A stretch of 64,000 nt of DNA, taken from the IMG/VR virus record IMGVR_UViG_3300005340_000005, one strand, 5' to 3'. The stretch's first letter is position 1, and the number at the start of each line of letters is the position of its first letter. The DNA comes from an uncultured virus (IMG/VR IMGVR_UViG_3300005340_000005) (taxonomy: Duplodnaviria; Heunggongvirae; Uroviricota; Caudoviricetes). Below the pieces are notes generated by a model. The model had not been told where the DNA came from. It did not search any database and worked only from the letters and a program-made list of their open reading frames with translations. A program made the position numbers and the translations under genes. Shown here piece after piece: positions 1-9,900 of the stretch.

Positions 1-87
1 CGTCGGGATGGTGCTCGCCAGGCGCTACGAGAAGCGTGTCTTCCGCGAACTCTTCGGGTGGCATCCTGACGACGACGAGGACGACAA

Positions 88-252
88 GTGAGCGGCTCAA
101 TCGACGACGACATACCGGAAAGCGGGCGCGGATTCTTCGGCCCTGGCTGCGGCTGTCTGACGCTCATCGTGGTCACGATTGGCACACCGCTCGTCGCGTT
201 CTGGGGCTTGTTTGAGCTTGCTCGAGCGATCGCGAGATGGTGGCTGAGGTAA
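88..252 (+). CDS. small membrane protein (54 aa)
   Basis: GTG overlaps the upstream TGA; hydrophobic segment CLTLIVVTIGTPLVAFWGLF; read by eye, not in the ORF track. Confidence 0.5.
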   Translation: MSGSIDDDIPESGRGFFGPGCGCLTLIVVTIGTPLVAFWGLFELARAIARWWLR

Positions 253-268
253 AATCTATGCGCGACTC

Positions 269-524
269 TTTCGGACTCCCCGAGATCTCGATCACACAAT
301 TTTACGGACTCCCTCTGGCGTCTTCACCCTCGGGGAAAACGAGGAATCTCGGGAACAATGGGACGGCCTGTGAATTTCCTCAAGTCGTTGTGCTGACTGT
401 AAGTTATAGTTGGAGCGGGTGATGGGACTCGAACCCACAACTTCCAGCTTGGGTGTTTCGAGGAATTTAGTTATCGGCCTGTTTTATTGGGGTATCCTCG
501 CATTACACCGTTTCGGACTCCCCG
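269..524. mobile_element. attP-like attachment site (tRNA-Gly core plus arm repeats)
   Basis: tRNA 3'-half core at 411-453, flanked by TTTCGGACTCCCCG at 269-282 and 511-524 and a variant TTTACGGACTCCC at 301-313. Confidence 0.8.
411..453 (-). tRNA. tRNA-Gly(CCC) 3' fragment (att core, not a complete tRNA)
   Basis: Reverse complement CCCAAGCTGGAAGTTGTGGGTTCGAGTCCCATCACCCGCTCCA: anticodon CCC, T-loop TTCGAGT, acceptor strand, U discriminator, CCA; no 5' half. Confidence 0.85.
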
Positions 525-650
525 TGGAATCCGCTATTCCTTGCAATCGGGCACTACCTGTGGTATTTCTCGCCTGTCACGATTCACCGGTCGGCGCCGG
601 AGCAGTGCACTTGCCCGCTCTCTTCGGCGCCAGCCTCCTCGGGAAAGCAA

Positions 651-1400
651 ATGCCAACGACTTGCACGGTTTGCACACATCCGAAGGCCAAACAGATCGA
701 CCTGGAGATCATCCGTGGCCAACTGTCGAACATCAAGCTCGCCAACAAGTACGGTTTCGCGTCTGAGCGAAATATCCGCGATCACAAGAAAAAACACTTA
801 GCCGCTCGCATTGAGGGCGCGCTCAAGCGCAACACCGAACGGCGCGAGATCGATCTGCAAGCCGAGCTCTCGGCCTGCTTTCGTCGGATCAACCTGCTGC
901 TGAACGCTTGTCACGAGTGGCTGCTTGATCCTGACAATCCCGAAGCCTATTCGCTAGACTCGAGAGCCGAAGAGATCACGGTGATTTACAACCAGCCGAA
1001 CGAAGAGGGCGGTCGAAGTCGGAGGGTAAAAGCCAAGTTGCAAGCGCTGTTGGATCAGATCAACGCGAAGCAAACAGCGGCGGGCAAACGCACGTTCGAA
1101 TGGATCGAGACGAAGCGCGCGGATCCCCGCCGGCTGATCCTCCAAGCGTCGGAAACTTTCGACAAGCACCTGCGAATGCTTGGCGATCTTACGGGAGTTT
1201 TCCGCCAACCGCAGAAGAACCCGCTGGATGTATCACGTGAAACGTACGAGGAGTTAATCGGGATGTTTCTGTCCTTGGCGCAGAGCGTGAATCCCGACGT
1301 TGAACGTCCTGCTGTAATCGAACTGCTTCGCGATATGCCGACCACGATTGGTGAGTTCTTGCCGTTCGTCGAGCAGGAGTTGAAAGCCTACGTGAACTGA
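651..1400 (+). CDS. putative terminase small subunit (CxxC + HTH)
   Basis: N-terminal CTVCTHP followed by a helical HTH-like segment; first gene of the morphogenesis block. Confidence 0.5.
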   Translation: MPTTCTVCTHPKAKQIDLEIIRGQLSNIKLANKYGFASERNIRDHKKKHLAARIEGALKRNTERREIDLQAELSACFRRINLLLNACHEWLLDPDNPEAYSLDSRAEEITVIYNQPNEEGGRSRRVKAKLQALLDQINAKQTAAGKRTFEWIETKRADPRRLILQASETFDKHLRMLGDLTGVFRQPQKNPLDVSRETYEELIGMFLSLAQSVNPDVERPAVIELLRDMPTTIGEFLPFVEQELKAYVN

Positions 1401-1404
1401 GCTT

Positions 1405-1620
1405 ATGAGCACAGCCGTCCTCCGAATCTACACTCCCCTGTCTGACCGTCGCAAGCGGCAGACCTTTCGTGCTGCTGGCGTTCAGTGGGCTGCGGTCAAC
1501 GGCGAAAAGGTTCACGTCAAGCCCAAAGACCTCGATGCCGAGTGGTTTGAGATCGTCGTTCCCGCGCCGCCCTGCGAGTGCCCAAAGTGCCTGCTCGAAG
1601 AGGGGACAATCGGATGCTGA
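1405..1620 (+). CDS. hypothetical protein, C-terminal CECPKC
   Basis: Tightly packed ORF. Confidence 0.55.
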   Translation: MSTAVLRIYTPLSDRRKRQTFRAAGVQWAAVNGEKVHVKPKDLDAEWFEIVVPAPPCECPKCLLEEGTIGC

Positions 1621-2117
1621 CTTCCGAACAGATCGCGGAAAAGGTTTATGTCGAGTGCTATGCCGTACTCGTTGGGACCCCGACTGTTAGCCTGAAAACC
1701 GGAGAGGTCGAGGGGTTGAGTCCTTCGGTTCCTTTCGACAAGTGGGAACACGCAGCCGATCTGATCAAGCTCACTGACTTCCGCCTGAACAACCCGAATC
1801 ACCCTCTCGGGTCGCACCATTTGCATTACGTTTCGCTGCTTGAGTCGCGAGGCCAGGATCACCCGCAAAAGCGATTTGAGTTGCTGACGCCCGAGGATGT
1901 CGAGCAGGACCTGCGGGTCACGAAGGCAATCATCGCACTACGTCCCCAGTGGGAACACGCCGCGTATTCGAATCCGCAGGAGGAGGCGCTGAAGGAACTC
2001 AAGCCCGATTGCGAATGTGGGCATCCGTATCACGTTGGCCTGTGTCCTGCGCTCGAGACAGGTGGCGCATTCACTCGCTGTTGCGCGTGCGACGAGTATG
2101 AGCCGGAGGAAGTATGA
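1614..2117 (+). CDS. hypothetical protein with C-terminal Cys/His zinc-binding motif
   Basis: ATG 1614 after GAGGGG; CECGHPYH...C...CCACDEY; stop overlaps the next ATG. Confidence 0.65.
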   Translation: MLTSEQIAEKVYVECYAVLVGTPTVSLKTGEVEGLSPSVPFDKWEHAADLIKLTDFRLNNPNHPLGSHHLHYVSLLESRGQDHPQKRFELLTPEDVEQDLRVTKAIIALRPQWEHAAYSNPQEEALKELKPDCECGHPYHVGLCPALETGGAFTRCCACDEYEPEEV

Positions 2118-3577
2118 ACATCGCAAGCGTTCTCTCCAGTCTTGGCCGCGTCCGGCAACGGCCGGGCGTTGTTCCCGACGATGAGACAGACAACCTGCCG
2201 TCGTACTCTCAGCCTCAGCCGGTGGACGCTGCTTCCGCTCGCGTTGCTTCGAGTGCTGGTATTCCAACTGCGCCAGACCTGACCCCTCAAGCTGCATTCA
2301 ATCGGTCAATGACCCGTGTTCAGGGAACGCCTGCTCCTGATCCATTCGCAACGCGCGTGTCCCCGGCGCCGGCAGTTGTTGCGCCGACAGCTGGCCAGGT
2401 CGATGGGCACGTTGCACAAGAACGCGTCCCCAGCTACGAAGACATTCCGATGCCGCCCAAAGCGCCGGAGCTCGCCGACGTAAAGCCTTCGACTCCGATG
2501 CCGACGCGCGAGATGCACCACGGCGGTGTAGGTTCGCGATTGAAAGACGCGGCGAAGTTCGGACTGCGCAATCTCCTTCTCTCGGGCTTGAATCCAATCT
2601 CCGCACTAGGCGCTTTCACCGGTGCAATGGTGAATCCGCAAGCTGAACACGATCAGAAATACAACCGGGAGATGGCAACTTGGGAGCCTCGAGCGCAGGC
2701 TGAGATGAGCGTGATCGAGCAGGCAAACAAGGGGAAGATTCAACAGGGCGCGGCGCAGAATCAGTACTACGACAATCTGACCGGGCGAGAGAAGCTCATC
2801 GACTCTCGGGTTGCCAGAACGCAGCGCGAACAGGATCGAGCGACTACCGCAGGAGAACGTGTCGCGACCCGTCAGGATACTGAAGCGCAACGCAAGCATG
2901 AGCAGGCCAAGGATCACGTAACGTTCAATGCGGCGCACGGTCTGCCGAATGACCCCGCGATCGTGAAGGGGACTGTGTACGAGAGCCTCGGGGGGAAGAC
3001 GATCTCGCCTGATAAGGTGCCTCATTTTGAAGCTGGCGGCCGGCTGATGTATGACCCGAACACGAAGGCGCTTGTTCCTTCGCCTGGCGCCGAGAATTTG
3101 CCGCCTGACTCCGGAGCCGCGGGGCGCGAGCAGTCCGAACGGCATTTCCAGGCCACACAAAGCCGCCAGGATCTGAAGGACGCGGAAGCGCAAGATGAGA
3201 AAGCCAAGAGTCTTGCATTGAAGTACAACGAGACTCGAGCCAAACACGCGCAAGCCAGCAAGGAATATGGCGAGATGATGACCGAGATCGGCAACCCCTC
3301 GGGTAAGGACACGAAGGGTAAGCCCCTGCCGGTGTGGAAGGGCAAAGTGATCAGCGAGGCCGATGCCAAAGAAAGGCAGATGGAAGCCGACAGGCTCGAA
3401 GAAGAACTGAGCGGCATCAAGCAGGTGGCTGGCGGACATCCAAGTCTTGAGTTTGATGACACTGGGGCTGTGAAGTTCAAGCCTCGCGCGAGTCAGTTCA
3501 CCAGTCCAGCCGCAAACTCGACCGCTGGGTCGAGAGTCGGCGGAACGAAGAAAAAGAACAGCGGATTACTCGATTGA
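2114..3577 (+). CDS. putative internal virion/ejection protein (487 aa)
   Basis: Pro/Ala-rich N-terminus, Gly-rich hydrophobic segment, Q/E/K-rich helices; shares motifs with the giant protein. Confidence 0.55.
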   Translation: MNIASVLSSLGRVRQRPGVVPDDETDNLPSYSQPQPVDAASARVASSAGIPTAPDLTPQAAFNRSMTRVQGTPAPDPFATRVSPAPAVVAPTAGQVDGHVAQERVPSYEDIPMPPKAPELADVKPSTPMPTREMHHGGVGSRLKDAAKFGLRNLLLSGLNPISALGAFTGAMVNPQAEHDQKYNREMATWEPRAQAEMSVIEQANKGKIQQGAAQNQYYDNLTGREKLIDSRVARTQREQDRATTAGERVATRQDTEAQRKHEQAKDHVTFNAAHGLPNDPAIVKGTVYESLGGKTISPDKVPHFEAGGRLMYDPNTKALVPSPGAENLPPDSGAAGREQSERHFQATQSRQDLKDAEAQDEKAKSLALKYNETRAKHAQASKEYGEMMTEIGNPSGKDTKGKPLPVWKGKVISEADAKERQMEADRLEEELSGIKQVAGGHPSLEFDDTGAVKFKPRASQFTSPAANSTAGSRVGGTKKKNSGLLD

Positions 3578-3957
3578 AAGTTGATGCTCAAATCATCATC
3601 ACTGCTCTCGGCAAAGGCTACGGTCGAGGCCGGCGCATCGAAGCCAAGTGGGTTGGTGGCCGGATCGCTCCTATCAATCGCGACCTCACCGCGATTCGAA
3701 TCTACAAACACAGTCCCAACCTGATTGAACGCCTCGATGGAGTCACGTTCGCCCTCGCCGGAGGACGATTATTTCTCGTCGACGAAGACGAGGTTGCCTT
3801 CTATGTCGCGCAGTCCGAACGGTGGGCAACGTGCTATCGGTTGCAACGTCGAGCACTCAGGGCTATTGTTTCAGTCGTACGCTATCGATCCCCGCGGCTG
3901 TTCGCCTGGCTGCACTCTCGACTTCTCCAACCCCGCCTGATACCCGTTTCCCGATGA
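3574..3957 (+). CDS. hypothetical protein
   Basis: TTG start overlaps the upstream stop; fills the gap between genes. Confidence 0.5.
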   Translation: MKVDAQIIITALGKGYGRGRRIEAKWVGGRIAPINRDLTAIRIYKHSPNLIERLDGVTFALAGGRLFLVDEDEVAFYVAQSERWATCYRLQRRALRAIVSVVRYRSPRLFAWLHSRLLQPRLIPVSR

Positions 3958-3963
3958 GCAAGC

Positions 3964-6900
3964 ATGGCCTTCAGCGCCTACGATGATCCGGAAGAACCCG
4001 ATTCCCCGCCTGCTAATACCGGCGTTGCCTTCACTCGCGTTAAACCAAACCTTAAAACCCCAGAGGGCCGCCAGCAATTTCTCGTAGACGAATCCATCCG
4101 CCAGAAGGTAGACCCGGCGTTTACGGGCGCGATCTTCAAGACTGAGAGCGGTCGCAATCTGAACCCGACAGCCCGGTCTCCGGTCGGGGCTCGAGGCGCT
4201 GCGCAGATAATGCCTGGCACCGCCGTTCGTATCGCGCGTGCGTTGAAGACTACTCCCGACAAGGTGCTCAACGATCCTGAAACGAATATGCGCGGCGGCG
4301 TGTACGAGCTTCATCGCCTGCTCGTCAACAATCAGCATCATCCTGACCCGAAGGCGGCGGCGGCCGTCGGCTACAACGCGGGCGAAGGTGCGATCCCGAA
4401 GTACAACCCGAAGACCGGCCGTCATCCGTATCCTGAAACGAACAACTACGTCGCGAAGGTGAAACAGGAGGATGCTCGCCTTGCGCCGAAACTATCGAGT
4501 TATGTACAGACGTATCAGCAGAGAGTGAGGACCCAGAATGGCACAGTACGATCCAGTAGTAGTGGAGGAAATGATACTCAGCGATCAACGCCGGGAATGC
4601 CGGGAAGTAATCAACCTCAACCGGGAGATCCGACTTCGACAACAGCACAGTCTCGGCCGGATGCTCCTGCGCAAACGCCTTTCCAACCTCTCAACTTCCC
4701 TTCCCCCGCGATCGAGCGAGGCGGATTCTTCAAGGGTGCCGATACTCCACAATCTGACCCGCGAGCAGGAGGACCGGCTTCTGGAACTGCTCAACCTCCG
4801 ATCTCCGTTGACCTACGAGGAGCGCAAAGCGGAACTCCGCAAGCTTCTGGGGCCTTTGCCCGAGTAGGCGGACCGCCCCCGCCAGAGGTCAAGCGAGCAG
4901 CGCTCGAAAGCGAGGCCGCCAATGGAACTGGCGCGCTGCGTCGCGATGCCAAAGGCGCGCCTCAAACTTGGGATGGCTACCCGGCGATCAAGAATGCTGA
5001 CGGCTCCATCACAACCGAACGCTCAATCACGATCACTGATCCGAGAGTCAACGGCGGGAAGCCGACAAACATTCCTTCGGTCTGGCAAGGCAAGCAGCTT
5101 TCGCAAGAGGATGCGATCGCGCAAGCCGCCGGATCGAAGCAGCCGTTCGCAGCGTTCGACTCGATCGATGAGGCGGTGAAGGCAGCAGAGGGACGTTCAG
5201 CGCAGAAAGGGAGGGAGCTTGACCAAACCAACCCTCCGCGACCTGTCGAAGGCGCTCAAGGATCCGTCGTTCCGCCCGTTCGAAGCGGGGCGCGGGCTGG
5301 AAGAAAACCTGCGGCTGTATCTCCAGCGCAAGCGCAGCTCCCTCTCCTCGACCTCACCCCAGAGGAAACAGCCGACGTCACTCGACGAGCAACCGCAGAA
5401 GGAGTGGCCCCGGAAGAGGCGCTGAAGTACGCGGCCGAGGAGAAGAAGGCAAAGGGCGCTCTCGCTCCCGTGAGTGCAGCAGGCCCACAGGTGACCGATG
5501 TGCCCGATCAGGCGGATGGACACGTCGCGCAGCACGTCGATCAAGTAGTCGCGCCAAAGCAATCAGGTGGCGATGGTTTCAGGATCAACGTCAAAGAATT
5601 TCAGTCTGCCGGCAAGGCCCCCACGATTCAGGATGTCAGCACGAAGATCGCCGAACGGATGGGATTCACTCCAGAAGAGGCGCAGGCCTACACCGAAGCG
5701 ACTGGTAAGAATCCGTTCTTTGAGTTGAATCCGGAATACGACGAGCCGACGGCAATGGCAAAGATGATTGGCCGCGCCGACGAAACCGGAGACGTAGCAA
5801 TCCCAGCCATGGCGCCGGACGTTGATGCTCGGGCGAAGTCCTGGCTGACTGAGTATCGAGCGAAGCAGGTTAAGCCTGCTCTGGCCGGACCTGCTACTCC
5901 ACCCGAAGAATCCATCGAAGGCCCACTTGAAGTTCCCGAACGCGCTTACGAGCTGCAGCATCCAGAGGAATCAGAAGACGCGCTCGATAAGCTGGAGAGC
6001 GGAATCAACACCGGTATCAAGGGCATCCGAACGTTTCTCAGTGAGCCAATGGCAACCGTCGGGAGCCTGATGAATGCTCCACAGGCGCTCACGAAAGCCA
6101 CTACTCCTGAAATGCAGCGCATAGCCGCTGAGCAATCGCAGGTTGACGCCGAGATGAAGCAGCTGCAGTCAAAGATGATACAGGCCGACGTCCAGCGCGG
6201 CGGGCCGGGAGATCGACCCGCGTCGCCCGATCCGATGATGGAAGGGCCGGATGCGGACCGCTATCGCGAACTGCAGGCGAAGCGCGATCAACTAACCGGA
6301 CAACTGGAAGCTGCCTCGCGTCCCGAGAACGGCATTGGTAATCGCGTTCTTCAGGGCGCCCAGAATATCGAGGAGCGGGGACTTCAGCCGGGACTCGCGA
6401 AAGACATAGTGAAGGGCGCAGGCGGCGCGGCGACAGCGTTGGGCGTGGGTATGGCGGCGGGCCCATATGCCGCCCCTGTCTTGGGCGGAATGCACACGCT
6501 CGAGCGGATCGGCCAAGGTGCGCCGACTGGTAAGGCGATCGGCGAAGGCATCGTTTCTGCCGGCAGCATGGGGGCAATGAGCGGCGCGGCCGGTGCGATA
6601 GATAAAACAGCGCTCAGCTACTTCTCGAAGCTCGCGGCTCGATCGCTGGCCAATACAGCAATCGGACTCGGGTCGCAAATGGTCGAGGGTGGCGACGTCG
6701 ATCTGAAGACGCCGGAGGGACGACGGGCATTTCTCACTGGCCGCATCTTCGACGTTGGGTGGGCGATCGCGCATTCCCCTGCGGGTCATGGGCTCAGCGA
6801 AAAGGAAATTGCAGAGAAAGCTCACGATCAAGTAGCCCGGGAGCTTCAAGGAGAACCCCATGCCGAAACAATACGAAGCGATAAAAGAGTCGTATCTCAA

Positions 6901-9900
6901 CCAGGGCGACTCGGAGAAGGAAGCGAAGTCAAAGGCGGCGGCGACGTTCATAGCGAAGGGCAAGGGAGGAAGCCGGTCGAGCCGGGCCAGGTCTCTACAC
7001 GCGGACCAGCCAGACCCAAAGAAACACCAGGCGGCGTATCAGCGGGTGAAGCCAAAGAAGTAGGACTTCAACCGGGCGACATCGTTAGTCGTCCCGGACT
7101 CTCGCACGGCCAGCCAATGACGGTCGAGTCGGTCGAGGGCAACACGGTGATGATCAGGCGCGCCGATGGAAAAGGCAGGGTGGTGTCCGCACCGGCCAAC
7201 AGGTTGAACGTCGTCACTAGGGTCGAGCCGTTACCTACGGTCGCGACAGAGACCGTGACAGCTTCGAACGTCGCACCGGAGCCAACCGTTACAACCGCTC
7301 CACCTGCGCGTGACAGAACGGATGACATCGAGAACCGGGCGGCTGACACCCTTCCTGTCGGTAAAACTCCTGAGGTGCCAAGCGGTGGGCAGCCTACGGA
7401 GCCTCAGCCCCCCGCGATACCTGAGCGTCGAGGAGTTGATCGTCGCACAGGCGATCAGGGGCCGCCGCGAGAGGGGGAGAGGCGCGGGCTATTTCGCCGG
7501 ATGCGGGATCGTGCGGGCGATCTGATTGCGCCTGAGAACGCCGCGATTCGAGAGGCGGCAAAACAGGAAGCGAGAACGGACGCTCTGACCGGAGTCGGGA
7601 ATCAGCGAGCGTGGCAGGATGTTCGCGAAAGCGTCGATGCCGACCCTGATCGCGCTATCGTTCACGGCGACTTGGACAACTTCAAGATCGTCAACGACAC
7701 GCATCCCGATAAGTACAGGGCTGGCGATAAAGCTCTCGCTGCCGCATTCGGCCAGGCTCAAAAGATCGCAACAGAGATCGACCCGACCGCGAAAGTCTAC
7801 CGCTCTGGTATCGGCGACGAAATGACCATCGATTCAGCGGCGGGTAAGGAAGCCGAGATCGCAAAGGCGATCAACGAAGGTGTCCGCGTCAAAATCGGCG
7901 AAGGGTTCGACGATGTAACGGTGTCCACCGGTCACGGGAAGACTTACGACGAAGCCACGGTCGCGATGGGTAAGAATAAGACTGCTGGCAAGGAGGCCCG
8001 CGCAGCTGCAAAGGCTGACGCTGAGCCCGGTAAGGTTCACAAGTTCAGTTCAACGCAGGTTGATCTTCCAAAGGAGCAAGCCGGACCGGTCCTCGATATG
8101 GGGCGCTCGATTCCGGACGCCGAACTCGCGGGCGACGGTCGAGAAACTACTCCGCACATCACCGTCAAATATGGACTCCACACCGCAGATTCCGAGAAGG
8201 TAAGAGCCGCTCTCGCTAACGCTGCACCGATCACGGCGACGATAGGAAAGACCTCCGCCTTCAAGGGCGTCGAGAACGGAACTGCCGATGCGGTGATCGC
8301 CGAGGTTGACAGTCCTGATCTTCATCGACTGAACAAGATCATCGCCGATGCTCTGCCGCATACCGACACTCACCCGGAGTACAAGCCACACGTGACAGTT
8401 GCGTACGTGAAGCCGGGGCTCGGCGAAAAGTACTCCGGCCGGAACGATCTCGAAGGCACGAAGATCACGCTCAAAGAAATCACATTCAGCAACAAGGATG
8501 GCGGGACGACAACAATTCCGCTGGGTGAAAAGACCGAACCTGCCGAGCCTCATCATTCAACCTTCCAACCTCGCGACGAGGGCGGTCACTTCGATGGTCC
8601 GCCTCGCGGTCCTGAGCGTCGACAAACTCTTTACGATCGACTGGCAGCCTCTCGACAAACCGAGCATCACATCCCTGAGACTCCAACGGCCGATGAACAC
8701 GCGGGACTATTCCAGGCGAGCGGCCTGAGTACTGTTGAGACCGATCGCGTTCGCGCCAAGTATGAGGACCTGAAGAAGCGCGGCGAATCTGTTGAGGATT
8801 ACCTGCGTCAGGGCGGTCTGTTTGGGGATGAGTTAAGCGAACCACAGCAACAGCTACTAAGGGAGATGGCGGCACCGAAGAGCAGGCGAGGGTCGGCTGC
8901 GGAGCAAGGCGCGCTGTTTGATGCGGCGCCAACGGTTGAGAGTCGAACGGCGGCCAAGGCGGAGCCCGTTGAGCGTGCGAAGTCTCCGCTGGAGATCGCT
9001 GGAGAGAAGGCAGAAGATCCCGGCTATGAAGAGGACTACCAGGAGTTCTTGGCTCTTCACAGTAAAGGGAGCAAGGCCCGGCTGAACGCCGAAGACTGGA
9101 AGCGCGCGCAGCATCTCCATAAACAACTCGGCCTCGACCAGCCCGATACCCGGCCTTTCAGCGAACTACTAACGGTTCCTAAGAGCCAAGCTGAGCGGTC
9201 TGGGAACAAAGAGGGGCTCTTCCAAGCCGATACCGAAGAGGGCCACCGCATTATGCGCGAGGTCGTTGACGACTTCCATAAGGAAGGCATTCGAGACTTT
9301 CGCGAAGCTGCTCGAAAGTTCCGCGAAGAGTTTGGGCCAGCCAACGAGTATTCCAAGATGTTCGAGCAGGCCTGGGACGCTCACGAGGGAGTTAAGAAGC
9401 GCGGGCGCCTGACCTACGATCGGGCAATGGAGGAACCCGCGGCGAGAGGCAAGCGCGCCGTCGAGGATATGACCCTGAGCCAATACGTGCGACGCGAAGG
9501 CGGCCTGAACCCTAACGAGTCCGACGAGGTACGAGAGCTTGTAGGTCAGAAGCAGTCGGGCACCTCCGGGCTGATGAATGAGAATCAGAAGACGAAGATT
9601 CACGAGCTGAAGGCGCAGGCCGAAGCCGAAGGGTTTGTCCAGGAGGGGATGACTGATCACGAGTTCATCCAGGCAGTGGCCGATGATGCGCTCGGGCGCA
9701 AGGTCAGCAGTCATCCCGGGAAGCAGGAGCGCGACGCCGATGCCGAGTGGGAACAAACGAAACAGGATGAGTTCGCGAAGGACTCCGATCACTCCGTTAT
9801 GAGTGCCGCATTTGACAAACCCAACGATCCCGCGTATAAGGAATGGACAGGTGCTTTCGAATCGCTGAACAAGACAGGGAGTGACGAGGATGCTCAATTC

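Noticed and set aside
411..490. Complete tRNA gene
   Set aside because: Similarity stops at the anticodon; there is no D-arm or 5' acceptor strand
237..801. Track ORFs across the att region
   Set aside because: They overlap the tRNA fragment and repeats, lack SD sequences and are not protein-like
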